Positions 38,233 through 52,700 of a DNA stretch of 64,000 nt are shown one piece after another. The position numbers and the translations under genes were made by a program. Positions within the stretch are counted from its first letter, which is position 1. Every line of letters starts with the position of its first letter. Location of the stretch: contig OX597824.1 of the NCBI GenBank assembly GCA_951406725.2, forward strand, positions 58,714,001 to 58,778,000. The letters run 5' to 3'. This DNA is from Octopus vulgaris (taxonomy: Eukaryota). The notes below the pieces were generated by a model, which saw nothing but the letters and a program-made list of their open reading frames with translations, searched no databases and was not told where the DNA came from.

Positions 38233-39184
38233 TGGCTATTCACCCACGACTTAGGAAAACTATCATTAACATTTAAGAACATTGTGCTTTCGAACAAACT
38301 TATGCTTTACTTGTGGCTCCGCTGGTGACTAATGAACCCAGATCTTGATAATCATACATGTCTGCAGATATTGCGGACCAAGATTTTCCCATTTACTATA
38401 CTGGAGGTGCGTTTTCGAGCAGTTCGCATTCCTCATAATAAAATGAGTATTTTTTTTTTTCTTGAAAATATTCACTCTTTACTTGTTTTCTCCATTGGTG
38501 ACGATGACGAGCAATGCTTCCCCAATCTAAGACTTTCAGTACTGTCACCCCAACTACTAACATGCTATTAAAATCTATCTATCTATATACACACACAAAC
38601 GCGCCCCCCCACACACACTCCCCCCACACACACACTCATATTTATTCAGACATTGACATGCATATCGGTAGTAGATACCAACAGCCAGCACGCAGTAGAA
38701 GAAAATGTTTTTCACTTGTAGGGAGGGTGGTCTATCGGAAGTAACCCAACTGAACATTCTATGGAATTTCAATCTCAGCATTGTTGACATATTATTCTTG
38801 TCATTGTAGATGTCTTTTTCTTACAATTGTTAGCCATTATTCCCCGAAAAAGGCACCAGTTATCTCATACCAACATCTGTGTTTTCCATTATTTACATAA
38901 ATACATATATGTAGCATTTATTTCTTTCATTTTGTTTTTTAAGACATTAATTATATATTATGAAAACAGAATTGTGAAAAACTGTCAAATAATTTGGATT
39001 TGATTTAAGATCGAAGCAATTTTACTTCTGCCTTTAGGAAATACATGAGCATCAAAGTGTTCTCTTCAGTAGAATGTAGGATTTTGTTTAGACTTTTAAA
39101 TGATAAGTGCAATTAAATTGACAAAACCGGATCTCACTTTGGTCTCTACGAACGATGGTTCCATTTATTCAGTCCTCAACACTA

Positions 39185-39898
39185 TCAGGTCATCCCATAA
39201 GTTCTGTCTGATTTTACCTTTTTTAAAATTGAAGGAAATTTAATAGTAGTCTAATGGAATTAAATGTCTAATGGAATTAAAAATTATTTTTATGCATTTG
39301 TGTACACTTAAACTAATTAAACATTATTTTACAGAATAATAGAATTAAAATTTCTTTGATTAAAACCATTTCTAACATGGAAGTAGCCAAAGAGCATTTG
39401 AAGGACGTCCAGTTGAGTTTGATGATAAGCTCCTTGAGGCATTACTTGAAGAAAATCCTGCATTATCAGTTGAAGAATTGGCAATAAAGCTTAGTTAAAA
39501 CCATACAGCTGTTCATCATCATTTTCAACAACTTGGAAATGTTCCTAAACTTGGAAAATAGTGCCTCATGAATTGTCCGAAAACAACTGCATATCCCGAG
39601 TTGACATCTTCTCTTCTCTCCATTCTCGCGAACTCATTTCACTCTTTTTGGATAGACTTGTGACTGGTGACGAAAAAGGGATCTTCTATCGAAATGTTAA
39701 ACGTCGTAAACAGTGGCTTGGTAAAAGGGAAAAAGCTCAACCACAACCGAGAAGGGAACTTCATGGGAAAAAGTTGTAAGTAGATGGAAGGAAGTCATAG
39801 ATAATCAGGGAAAGTACATTCATGATTAAATTTCAATTAAAATTTGATCATTTGTTTCCTTTATTCAAAATTCGGACAGAACTTATGGGATGACCTGA
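39185..39898 (+). mobile_element. internally deleted mariner element
   Basis: ~30-bp TIRs tcaggtcatcccataagttctgtc / gacagaacttatgggatgacctga, TA on the left; VPHELS and FLDRLVTGDEKGIFY motifs. Confidence 0.93.
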
Positions 39899-40184
39899 GA
39901 TATTGTATAGCGCCGACTAGTATAGTGGTTTGCACATTAGTATGTATAGTGTATAATGTATCATAGTGTAACTGATTAAGGGTGGTGGAGTATAGGCAGA
40001 ATAGGTATTCTACCTGGCCAATTTTTTCCGTAGTATTTACTTAAGCCGTTTATGTTCTGATTACAAATGCTGCTGAAGTCCTCTCAACGTTTCAGAGTCT
40101 ATAATTACTAGCCAAGTCATAGAGACGGTTATCAACCACACTACTCTTTAAAAAGTTTCTCCCCGACTTACGACCTATGCGACT

Positions 40185-42634
40185 TACGAACATCCACAAA
40201 ATAATGGATAATGTGAAAGTGACACCGACACTACTCTCGGATCACAACATGGTAGAGCTGACCATGTACGGGCCAAAGGAAAGCATGGACATGCAGCCTA
40301 CAAGAAACCCTCAGAATCTTTCCAGCTTGAACTTCCATAAGGCAAACTGGAAACAAATTGAGAAAGAGATCCTCAAACAAAACTGGCCTGAATGTCTCCC
40401 CTCGCCTGACATCGACGTGAAACTTCAACAATTCATGTCTGTAATGCAAGCCATATGCTACAAATGTGTCCCAGAGAGAAAAGCCACTGTACACAAGAAC
40501 AAAATCCCCAGAGAGAGGAACATTTTAATGAGACGGCGTACAAAAATTTCAAATCGCCTAAACAAACAAATTGAAAGCAGTGAAAAGTCCCGCCTGAAAA
40601 TAAAACTGTTGTAAATTGAAAATTGTCTGCAACTCTCCCATGAAAAGGTAAGAGCAGACAAAGAAGCCTGGGCTATAGACAACATAAAATCTAACCCCAG
40701 AGCTTTCTACAGGTATGCCAAAGAAACAGCTACGGTGCACTTTAGGATAGGGCCACTCCTTGAAAAGGATGGCACACTCACAGGAAAACCAATAAGGGTA
40801 AGTGAAATACTGAATGAGCAATTCAAGAGTGTTTTCACTCCACCCCTTGGGCATTTCAAAATCACCAATCCAACTGACTTCTTTACCACTGCAGATATAG
40901 AATCAGAGGCGGCGACGATAAATTACATCGATATAAAGGAAGACGATGTAATAAAGGCTATAGATGAAATGAAAACAGACTCAGCTACTGGCCCCGATGG
41001 ATTCCCGGCAATCCTCCTAAAAGTATGTAAGAGAGTCCTAGCAAGACCACTGCAGTTCCTCTTTCAGAGCTTCCTTGCAGCTGGCAAACTTCCAAAAAAA
41101 CTGAAGGAAGGTAAAATATGCCCTATTCATAAAGGAGGTAGCAGAGCGGAGGCCAAGAACTACAGACCTATCTCTCTGACCTCACACATCAGCAAGGTCA
41201 TGGAACGAATAGTCAGAAGGAAACTGATCACCTTCCTTGAAGAAAATGACCTGCTGCCCGACACCCAACATGGTTTCCGACCAGGGAGAAGCTGCTTAAC
41301 TCAGCTCCTACAACACTATGACTGGGTGCTGAAACGACTGCTCAACCACTCAAATGTGGAAGTGATATATCTCGACTTTGCAAAGGCCTTTGATAAAGTC
41401 GATCATGGAATGACATGTCACAAACTGCGTGATCTCAACATAGCTGGAAAACTACTGGGAGAATGGCTTCATGACTTTCTGAAAGATAGAAGGCAGGTGG
41501 TAGTAGCCAATGGGGCCACTTCCATTAACATGCAAATAGTGAGCGGTGTTCCGCAGGGCACTGTTCTGGGACCACTACTGTTCATAATGGCCCTCTCAGA
41601 CATGCCCTCAGCCACGCAGAGAGCCACGATCACAAGTTATGCAGATGATACAAAAGTTTCACAGGCAATACAGAACCCTGAGGACACTAAACGCCTGCAA
41701 TGTGAGCTGGACAAAATATACAAGTGGGCTGAAAAGAATAGCATGCAGTTCAATGCTGAACAATTTCAAGCTTTATACTATCAGCATGCAAAACTAAATG
41801 CAATACCCAATGAATACACTGGACCCGGAGAAATTGCAATCCCAGAGGCACAATCAGTGCGTGACCTGGGTATTTACATGAGTGATGACGCAACCTTTCG
41901 TGTACATGTTGCTAAATTGGCAATGAAATGTAGACGACTGGCCGGATGGATTCTCAGAACCTTTAGAACAAGAGAACAAGAAACCATGATGGTCCTCTGG
42001 AGGACACTTGTCCTAAGCCATTTTGACTATTGCTCTCAGTTATGGTCACCATCCAGTGTCAAGTTGATCACATAACTTGAGGCGATCCAACGTAGCTACA
42101 CGAAGATAGCCTCTATGCAGAATATAAGCTACTGGCAAAGACTCAAGAGATTAAAGCTATATGCCTTGGAGCGTAGGCGGGAAAGATATGCCATAATATA
42201 CATCTGGAAGATCCTGGAGGGACTTGTCCCAAACTTTGGCATCGAGAGTTACACAAATGCCAGAACTGGGCCCCACTGCGTGGTGCCTAGGACTCCAAAT
42301 TTGCCATCAAGATGTAGGACAAGATACTGTGATAGCCTGGGCTTCCGAGGCCCACAGCTCTTCAATATCCTCTCGAAGAACCTAAGAGACCTGCATGGGG
42401 TGGATGCAGATGTCTTTAAAATGAAACTGGATCTCTTCCTGTCAGGTATCCTAGATGAACCAACTTCACGGCAGGAGGTGCAGATGAGGGCAGCTGCATC
42501 GAACTCTCTCATGCACCAAATGGCAGTTGCTAAAAAGCTTTCGTGAAGTAAAACCATGTAGCAACACCAAATGGCGGTGCCCCAGCATGTCCACAGCTCA
42601 TAAGCTGAAACTAGAATCAATCAATTAATCAATT
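40185..42634 (+). mobile_element. 5'-truncated CR1-group LINE ORF2 (APE end + RT) with intact 3' end
   Basis: SDHNMV; GPDG, NYRPISLTS, QHGFRPGRSC, YLDFAKAFDKVDH, SGVPQGTVLGPLLF, YADDTK; stops at ~40612 and ~42073; short 3'UTR plus (TCAA)n-like tail. Confidence 0.93.
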
Positions 42635-43343
42635 AAAAGACCAATGAATAAATAAAACAGAGTCGATTTTCGGACGCTGGGCAGCAGCGCGATTGATAAC
42701 TATGGCAGCATCTGGCAAAGCAGGCCTCCCTCAGATCCAGGCATCCACTGTCTGCCATTATCTCTCAGTCATTTTCAAGTATCAGTTGCGTTTGAATAAA
42801 AATAGTGGTGAAAAACATAAATCCTGTCAGTCGGAACGGAATTCGGTCGTAAGTCGAAGAGAAGGTGTAAGAATCACACCGGAAAGGGAAAAGATGGACC
42901 TGTTTCACGTTTTCCCTGAAATTTCGCTGTAGAGTTACTGTCCTCCTCTCTTTACGACTACATATATATACATATATATATATATTGTTATAAATCATTA
43001 CACACTACCGGACCAATTATCCGGTAAGTCTGGGACCGGAAGTGTCCTAGATTACTAGATTTTTCCGGTTTTCCGGAAACTGTCGAAATATATTCTTTTA
43101 TGCTTTTACATATTTCAATCATTTGACTGTGGCTATACTGGAGCACCGCATTAAAGGGTTTTAGTCGAACAAATCGGCCCCATTCTTTGTAAGCTTAGTA
43201 CTTATTCTATCGGTCGCTTTTGGTGAACCGGTAATTTACGGGGACATAGACGCACCAAAATCGGTTGTCAAGTGATGGTGGGGACACACACAAACACAGA
43301 CACAAAGACACACACGCATAAATATATGTATACATATACATAT

Positions 43344-43379
<36 letters not shown>

Positions 43380-43995
43380 CACATTTCTTGGCAAACATTT
43401 TCTTTAATCTCTCTACTTTCCTTCGTTATCTCCTTTATACCTGTCCCCCCTCTCTCTCTCAGTCTCTTTCCCTCTCTCTCGCTCTCTAGTTCCTTTCCTA
43501 ATTCATCAATCCTCCTGTCCCCTACCTCTTTCTGTTCCTTCCACGTGACCGGTGTTCAGCCAAGCAAGATCTTTCTTGGCCTGGCCGCCACCCGTACAGC
43601 ACCTTATTTTCCTATCTCCTGACTCCTATGTTTTTCGCAAGGTTTTCACTCCACACGCCAGCTCAACTTGACTTGTCCTTATTAGTCAAAAGACACCTGT
43701 TGTTATTCTCGTGCTGTTTGTATTGTAATCGTGTAACATTTTCTCCGTCTTCTCGTTTTTCTGTCAGTGTTGTCGTACACGTTTGCTTGTTGTCTTCCAA
43801 AATTTATATGCTCTTAGCTTAGATTCTGAAGTGTCTTAAGTGTAACAGGCCGAAACTGTAATGATAATTGAACACTAGACTGATGAACAGAAGGCCACGA
43901 TGGATCAGTCCTGGTTTTTCCTGTCCGTCTTTGTATCGTCTATCTGTCCGTATGTTTTTATTGTCGTCCGTTACGTTCTTATTCCGTTTTTGGAT
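43380..43995 (+). mobile_element. non-coding repeat related to family C
   Basis: Shares cacgtgac, acgccagctcaa, gtcaaaagacacctgt and tgctcttagc blocks. Confidence 0.65.
43829..43896 (+). ncRNA. putative non-circularly permuted hammerhead ribozyme
   Basis: GT-C^TTAAGTGT aaca GGCC-GAA-AC ... ACACTAGA-CTGATGA-ACAGAA-GGCC; stem III eroded to 2 bp. Confidence 0.6.
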
Positions 43996-44228
43996 ATATA
44001 TTTACTCTTTTACTTGTTTCAGTCATTTGACTGCGGCCATGCTGGAGCACTGCCTTTAGTCGAGCAAGTCGACCCCCGGACTTATTCTTTGTAAACCTAG
44101 TACTTATTCTATCGGACTCTTTTGCCGAACCGCTAAGTTACAGGGACGTAAACACTCCAGCATCGGTTGTCAAGCGATGCTGGGGGAACAAAGACACACA
44201 AACATATACACACACATACATATATGTG

Positions 44229-44275
<47 letters not shown>

Positions 44276-45050
44276 GGCCCGAGGCTATAGTAGAAGACAC
44301 TTGTCCAACGTGCCACGCAGTGGGACTGAACCCAGAACCATGTGGTTGGTAAGCAAGCTACTTACCACACATCCACTCATGGACTTCTTGAGAAGACTTC
44401 TTTCAGTTACCGTCTACCAAATCCATAGAACCGAACCCAGAAGGATGTGGTTGGAAAGTAAGCTTCTTAACACACAGTCACGCCTGCGCCTATACATTTT
44501 TTAAAAATATAAACTGATCTATGAAAAGTGCAGAGCTAAATTGTATTTAGCAATTTCAAACTAATACACTTCAAAAGTAGGGTCTGCTTGATATTATTAA
44601 TCCACTTAAAATTCTTAAAATATATCGTACTCTACCTTGTATAATGTTTATAGGATGAAAATTAATGATGAAAAATAAAAACATGACTTTTTTCTACAGG
44701 TAGAGTTTAAGACAATTCTAAAGCAGAGTATGTTTAATCTTTAACAATCTATTTTGACGGGTAAAGAACAATACTATTTATAACACAGTGTGTGCAAATT
44801 AACCAACTTCAAAACCGATGTTTACTCTATACATGGTACAATATACTGCACGGTATTCCATAGTATTACCTGGTTTCTTTCGGCAAGCTTGAGAATAGAT
44901 CCACTTTCTCTATAATATATGTTATGATACTTATCGCCAATATTGTTTGAAGCAAGTTATTTTTCGTCACTTATTATTATTATTTTTTTTTTTTACCATA
45001 ATGAGATTCTTTAAAAATTACTATTTTGTAAAATACGGTGAGATCTGGGA

Positions 45051-45091
45051 CTCACTGACGATGTTATCATAAGATCGAAAGATATCTGAAG
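45051..45091 (+). ncRNA. possible minimal type I hammerhead
   Basis: TCA-CTGACGA-TGTTATCATAAGATC-GAAA-GAT-ATC^TGA; stems short. Confidence 0.4.
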
Positions 45092-45631
45092 TTGTCTTCT
45101 TCATTTACTGAAGAAAATTAAAAGAATATCATTCATTGACTAATAGTGTTGCTTTTCTCACAGCGTATTTATTTGTAAGTCCGAGAGCGGTAGCATTCAG
45201 TATTCATTAACATTAAACTGAAATGCTAAGTTATATTGTTAATGTACTGCGCTGCTCATTCTGATAGATCCTTTAACAAATGTACAACACAGTGTTTCCT
45301 TACCCTTGTCCTCTGCATACAAACACACAGAAACCAGAAGAAAAGATGACGGTTGCCTTTTTCACAAGATCACAATGCTGTAAAGACAGATGAAGTACTT
45401 TATTTATATTTGTTTAATTCTCTAATACAGTTTTTATGAACTAGCATATCACCAAACAACGAGAAAGCTTACAAATTTCACATCATGAAATCCTCGACAA
45501 CAGCTGCTATCTTTATTCATTTATTTATTTAATGTCCAAAGGATAGACCCAGCAACATTAGAATCACACTCTGCTGTGATTTTTGCCCTATGTTTCTGGA
45601 AGTTGTCTGCACCCCCTTTTACTTTTCACAG

Positions 45632-45687
<56 letters not shown>

Positions 45688-46437
45688 AATAAAACAGTCG
45701 CTATCGTCGACTGCATCATCCTAGGCCGCCATGACGTTGTACAATAAAACACTTTAGTTATCACAATAACCATAAAAAAAAAATACGGCCTAAACAGTGG
45801 CATTACAACGGCTTTCTACTTCCCACTGCGGCCAACACCGACCACGAGAGCTATGTGGTGGTTGTGGAGGTAGAGGTTGGCGTCATTATCTTCAACTAAG
45901 AAGCGTGGATTTTGAAGGAGTTCATTGTAGCCACTCAAAATAATCCAGCTCTTTACTCTATTGTTAACCGATTTGCAACAACAAGCATGAAATTATCACC
46001 CCGACCACTCTCACTACTACCCATTCTTCTATGACTGTTCCCCTCCCGGTCACCTTTTCTATCAAAATGTCAGTGATTAAGAAGGCACAGCGTGTAACAC
46101 ACAAACAACAACACACTCTCTCCCTTTCTGTCTCTCTCTTCCCCCATCTTTCTCTCCATCTCTCTAACTATTTACCTCTTTGTTTCTCTCCATATTATTT
46201 TCCTTCTCGTCCAATCACTCTATTATAGTCTTCTCTCTGATACCCTATATTCACATCTGTCTTTCACCGTTTTAGTCATCCTCATCTCTTTTTCTTCTTT
46301 TTTGTCACTCTCATACTTTTTCTTGCACCACTTTATCTCTCTCTCTCTCTCTGTACCTATCTATCTATTTGTCTGTCTTTCTGTGTGCATGTGTGTGTCT
46401 GAGTCTCTTTCTAAAAAGCGAGAAAAGAAGTGTGAGA

Positions 46438-46479
<42 letters not shown>

Positions 46480-47176
46480 TTTCTCACACCTCTCTTTTTC
46501 TCGATTTCTCAATCCCCCTCTCTCCTTATCTTTTCTCTTAATCTTTCTTTCCCTCACTCTTTTCCACATATTGGTTCTCCATTTCTCCCTTCCACTCTCT
46601 CTCCTTTCTCTCTAACGGAAATCTCGACTCTATCCATTGTGCCCTCTCATTATGTCTTCGTCTCCACCACCATATACTTCTTTTCTCTTTTATTCTTTCC
46701 TCTCCCTCTCCCTCTCTTTCGCACACCTACAATACATTCGTCTCTTGTTTACTTTTATTATATCACTTACTTCCCACTATCATCTCCTTCCTTCTTTGTT
46801 ACCCCTCTTTTTCTCAAGCAAACTTTCTGTTTCTCTGACTCTGCCTTTTCTCCCGCTCTCTCACTCACTGTGTTTCCTAAATGCATTCTCCTCTTTATCG
46901 GGCCTTTCTTTTAATCACTTTCTTCAACCCTTCATGTCCGTGGTGATATTTCTCTCTCTTACTCACTCGCTTGCGCGCTGTGTGTCTCTCCTCAGTTACA
47001 TACTTACCTCCTCCTCCACCACGTCCTCTCTTCTTTCATTGAGGAATAAAGAAATAAACATAATGAAGACTGGCAGCAAAGCCTTGAAAAACTTGAATGA
47101 AACAATTCAAACGCATACACGCATTCACACACGAGTACGTATACATACATAAACGCACATATGTATATCTATATAC

Positions 47177-47213
<37 letters not shown>

Positions 47214-47364
47214 TGTGTGTCTGTGTGTGTGTGTATACACGTAGTCACACATATGCGTGCATATGTTCATATATATAAATTTATATATATACACGCCTAT
47301 ATTTGCACATACATACGCGCGCACACACACACACACACACACATGTATATAACTAACTATTAGA

Positions 47365-47595
47365 CAGTCGTTTACAACGACGAGGATTCCAGTTGATCTG
47401 AAGAACAGAACAGCCTGCTCGTAAAATTAACTTGCAAATGGCTGACCACTCTACAGACACGTGTACCTTTAACGTAGTTCGCAGGGAGACAAAATTTGAA
47501 TTATAGGTGCAACTCGTTTTTACAAGCTGGGTGCACTGGAGCAACATGAAATAAAGTGTACCCGGAAATACAGCTCACGACCTTACGATCGTATT
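47365..47595 (-). mobile_element. degenerate SINE with a CORE-like segment
   Basis: actcgtttttacaagctgggtgcactggagcaacatgaaataaagtg resembles the reverse complement of a CORE domain. Confidence 0.45.
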
Positions 47596-48049
47596 CGTCC
47601 AATTTCTTTGGTCTGATTTTTATTCTTTAAGCATGCTATCTGTCCAAGATAGTTATATTGGTTTACATGTCCAAATATTTCATCATCTACTACATTTCCA
47701 ACTGTGATTCGATGGTTGAAGATTATCTTCGTTTTATTACCTCCACCTTCGCTAAGGTGGGGGAATGTTTCAGTCGAACCGCTCGATGGATTCGGATGAA
47801 ACTTTCAGGGCCGTTTGGCCTCGTGAAGTGCACGAAATGATTATATTTTGGGATCGACCTGGTACTGAACAAGGATTCTGGATTATTATTCCTGTTGTTT
47901 ACTTAATATTTGAGGGCGGTCGGGTGCGTTTTTAGTATTCTCGTTTGTGAGAGCAGATATTATCATTTTAAAAATCATCTCTGGATAATCGTTGAGAGGT
48001 CGTTGTTATTGCCTTGGCAATATATATATATATATATATAATATATATG

Positions 48050-48090
<41 letters not shown>

Positions 48091-51000
48091 ACACACAAAT
48101 GCATACACGTTATATTAAAGATGGCATATTTGCCATCAGCATTGACTTTAACATATGCTGCTCTTATTTTTAATACGGAAAAATGTCTGATATGAAAGAA
48201 ATTTAGTTGGGTAATGTTACCTTGGTGATACCTAAGAAAGCTTTCAATCGCCCTTAGTGTGTATCAGGTACTATATCCTTTGGTTTTGAAGAAGACAGGA
48301 TGCGAAACGTTGCAGTTCGGACTGCTATTTTTGCTATGGTCGACAAACCTCACATCATAACATTACCCTTAGTTAATGTTGCTTAACAATTCTTTGTTTT
48401 AACTGCGATTGACACTGTTCAAAACGCCACCCTCTTATCTTTTTGTACAGTAAGGACTATATTATCAAATGTGTCCTTCCTTTTATGAGTTTCTAGGGTG
48501 TGACTTGAGATTTTTTTTTATTCCTAGCGACCATTCAGAAATTACCACGTTGAGAACACCCATGATTTAAAGTGTCCTGTTTATGTTCTAATAGTTGTAT
48601 TATTTTTAGGCCCCTAAATTTCTTGTAATATTTTCAGGTTCTTATGTTTTGTGTTGCTATTACTATTGTAGTAGTTTTCAAAGCAGTCACTTGTTTCTGT
48701 TGTGGATTTCGCTGTTATTGTAGCTGCAGCTCTGTTCTCGTGCTTTCTTTTTGCTTATATGTATATATATATTTAGATTATATAGGACCACAGATGTAAC
48801 ATCTATGGTATTCAATTAACCCATCATTCTCACATCCAGCAACAGCAGCAGCAACAACACCAACACCTAGTGAACTCCACTAACACGTTTAAGTATGTCT
48901 CCCATATGGCCTCGTGGGATTATCAATAGACACAATCTAAATTACATTCTCAGGCCATTTTAGAAGCCCTGTCGAAGAGTATAGCACCCAATAATCACTC
49001 ATCCTCACCCTATGACAGCGAAATAACATTAACCAAAATGTATTCAGGCTAGAGTCCTAGTGTCTGTCATTTTAGTCTCTGATTTAAAACCAATTCCAAG
49101 TCTGATATTATTTTCATGAAGTAATGGAAATATTGGTTTTAAATTTCAGCACAAGGTTCGTGGGAGGAGCTGGATCGACTAAATCGATCTCAGTGTTCAA
49201 CTGGTACTCATTTTATCGACCTCGATTGGATGAAAAGCAAAGTTGACCCCGGTGGAATCTGAACACAGAACGTAAATATGGAAGAAAGGCTGCTAAGCAT
49301 TTTGCCCAGCACGCTATCGATTTTGCGAACTCACCGCCTTAACTGATGGAAATATTGATGTAAATATTAGTGCCTTTATCTCTCAGACATACATTAGTTT
49401 TAACCATTCTTTTTATGAAATACTGCAGTGTTTGCTCGACCTCTCTTTTGATCCAGCACTTGGCCTCACCCTAGTTTGACGCGTTTTGTTCAAAAGTTGG
49501 TATATGTTCTACGTTGTTTATTGTTGTTGATGTTTTACTACTGGTCAGCACTCTTTGAGCAGAATTAGGATTGCATACATTAAACCAATGACACATAACG
49601 TTTTGGGGCTTTGTAGCGCTAAATGTTCCTTTAAGACGGTAGGATGTTATGTGTACATTATCAATTCTGTAACTCTCCCAATTCTGTTTCTACCAGTTTT
49701 GTACTCGTTCAATTTTGCACTCTATCAGTTCTGCTTCATGAAAAGCGATTGCTTTATATTTCCTCAAGAGAAAAGACATAGATACCATTACAATATAGTG
49801 GATTCTAATTCAGATAGGCCAACAATTTAGAAGGGAAGAGGATTTCTCTACGCAATCGACTCCATTACTTGACTCCGGAGCGATGAAAGGCAAAGCAAAG
49901 TAGGCAGGATTTGAACTCAGAATATATAGTGCCGTAACTAAATACCGCAAAACATTATGTTTGATGCTCTACCAAACCATGAATAGTCATTCACTCAACA
50001 ATCAATGGAGAGAAAGAAAACAAACTTAAACTAACCTATATTTGCTTGCGCGCGCACACACACACACACACAGTTGCAGTCTCAAATAAGCACGAACATA
50101 TACAAATAGCCATACAGCATATATGAATGCATAGAGGCATACATAAACAGCCTTGTAGGCATAAATAAACACATTCACAAAGGTATATATAAGCATATAC
50201 ACAATTAGCGGTCATATATAAACACCTACACACAATTGCTTGTGAGCATACAGAATCACAGAGGCTCAAACAAGCATACGATCACATAGGCATATATAAA
50301 TACACACACGCACAAACAAACGCATATATACGCACGCAGTTTCGCATTCATATATCAAAGTATACAAGCACCGAGGCACACATCTATACACACAGTCACA
50401 CGGCACTTAACACGTGAAAAACAAATATATACACAACACTCGCAAACGTATAAAACACACGTCCAACCAACATTGACTGTGTACAAAACACACAGCGATT
50501 ATTTAGTGTACGTAACACATACACATAGGGAATTATATGTGCACACATATAAACACATACACACATATATGACAGTTAACCCGCACCACATATAAAAATA
50601 CACACAGACGTGCGCGCGACAAATTTAAAGCCCGAGTCAGTACAATGTCGGTAAAACCACCATGCTGTTTCAATTCCCTGTTGGAATTACATTACTTGAC
50701 GTTTATCGCAAACGTTCTCTGTTAACACTCGATCTGCTAGAAATAGTAACCAAATCGCAACACTTCAGTAATTCCACGGGAAACAGAAAAATAAGGCAAG
50801 TTTTCGGAGAATCGTACAGATGATGCGATTTCAATTCCTATTTGATGTAATTGCACTAAGTATGAAACTTATAACCTCGTTTTCTATCTTTGGTAATAAT
50901 GGAGTTTGAATCAGACACAAGGCCCGTAATTCTAAAGATAAAGATAATCGATATCATTCACCGCAATACCTGACTGGAACGCCGAAGTGAGGAATAGCAA

Positions 51001-51128
51001 CGCTAACATCAGCGGAATTTGAACTCTGAGCGAGAAGAGTCAGAACAAATATTGCAACACACTTCGACGATCTAACAATTCTGCCAACTCGCCGCCTTTC
51101 TGACTTTAGTATAATGTCCACACCCGAA

Positions 51129-51520
51129 GGCGGCGAGCTGGCAGAAACGTTAGCACGCCGGGCGAAATGCATAGCCGCATTTCGTCTGCCGTTACATTCT
51201 GAGTTCAAATTCCACCGAGGTCGACTTTGCCTTCCATCCTTTTGGGGTCGATTAAATAAGTACCAGTTACGCACTGGGATCGATATAATCGACTTAATCT
51301 GTTTTTCTGTCCTTGTTTGTCCCCTCTATGTTTAGCCCCTTGTGGGCAATAAAGAAATAAGAATCATTAGCACGCCGGGGAAAATGCTTAGCGACATTTT
51401 GTCCGTCTTTACGTTGAGTTCAAATTCCGCCGATAAAATAACTACCAATTGAGCAGAGGTCGATGTAATTTTTTTCTAACTCCCTCCACCGAAATTGCTG
51501 GCCTTTTTTTCAAAAACTTG
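51129..51520 (+). mobile_element. SINE family B plus a partial tandem copy
   Basis: A-box TGGCAGAAACG, B-box GAGTTCAAATTCC; restarts at ~51361. Confidence 0.9.
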
Positions 51521-51538
51521 AAAGCAATATAATGCCTG

Positions 51539-51680
<142 letters not shown>

Positions 51681-52090
51681 TAAGTAGATTGTCCATTTTT
51701 GTTATAATAAACATAACTATCCTTTCTACCCAACGTACTGAATTTTTATGTTAGGCAATATTTGACCGCGTAAAAATTCTTAATATATTTGACAGCTCTT
51801 ATATTACAATACATACAAGAATCATTTTGTGGTAGCCACCGATGTATGGAAGTTAAAAGTGCTGAAAAATCTTTTTGTGAGTTCGAAAACGTTACTTAAA
51901 GCCGTTACAATGGATTTCTTCTGAGCTGAACATTTTATCGTACATTGCTTCCATTGACTTGGACGTCGGTAAATAGCGGCCAGATTATTGTGGAACGTGA
52001 CCTGCAATATAAAGGTAATAGAAGAAAGGGAGGATTTATCATTTAACACAAATAGTCCTACAAATTGTTTGGTAATAAATTTGTTACAAA

Positions 52091-52700
52091 AGGCAGTGAG
52101 CTGGCAGAAACATTACAAGTCGGGCGAAATGCTCAGCAGTATTTCGTCTACCGCTAAGTTCTGAGTTCAAATTCCGCCGAGGTCGACTTTGCCTTTCATC
52201 CTTCCGGGGTCGATTAAATAAGTACCAGTGACGCACTGGGGTCGATATAATCGACTTAATCCGTTTGTCCCCTCTATGTTTAGCCCCTTGTAGGTAGTAA
52301 AGAAATAGGTATTTTGTCTGCTGCTACATTCTGAGTTCAAATTCCGCCTAGGTCAACTTTGCCTTTCATCCTTTCGGGGTCGATAAATTAAGTACCAGTT
52401 ACGCACTCGGGTCGATATAATCGACTTAATCCGTTTGCCTGTCCTTGTTTCTCCTCTCGGTATTTAGCCCCTTGTGGGTAGTAAAGAAATAGGTATTTCG
52501 TTTGGCAGAAACATTACAAGTCGGGCGAAATGCTCAGCAGTATTTCGTCTACCGTTAAGTTACGAGTTCAAATTCTGCCGAGGTCGACTTCGCCTTACAT
52601 CCTTCCGGGGTCGATAAATTAAGTACCAGTTGCGTACTGGAGTCGGTCTAATCGACTGACCCCCTCCCCAAAATTTCTGGCCTTGTGCCTAGTGTAAAAA
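52091..52700 (+). mobile_element. SINE family B tandem trimer
   Basis: Three B-box/body units near 52160, 52330 and 52562. Confidence 0.9.
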
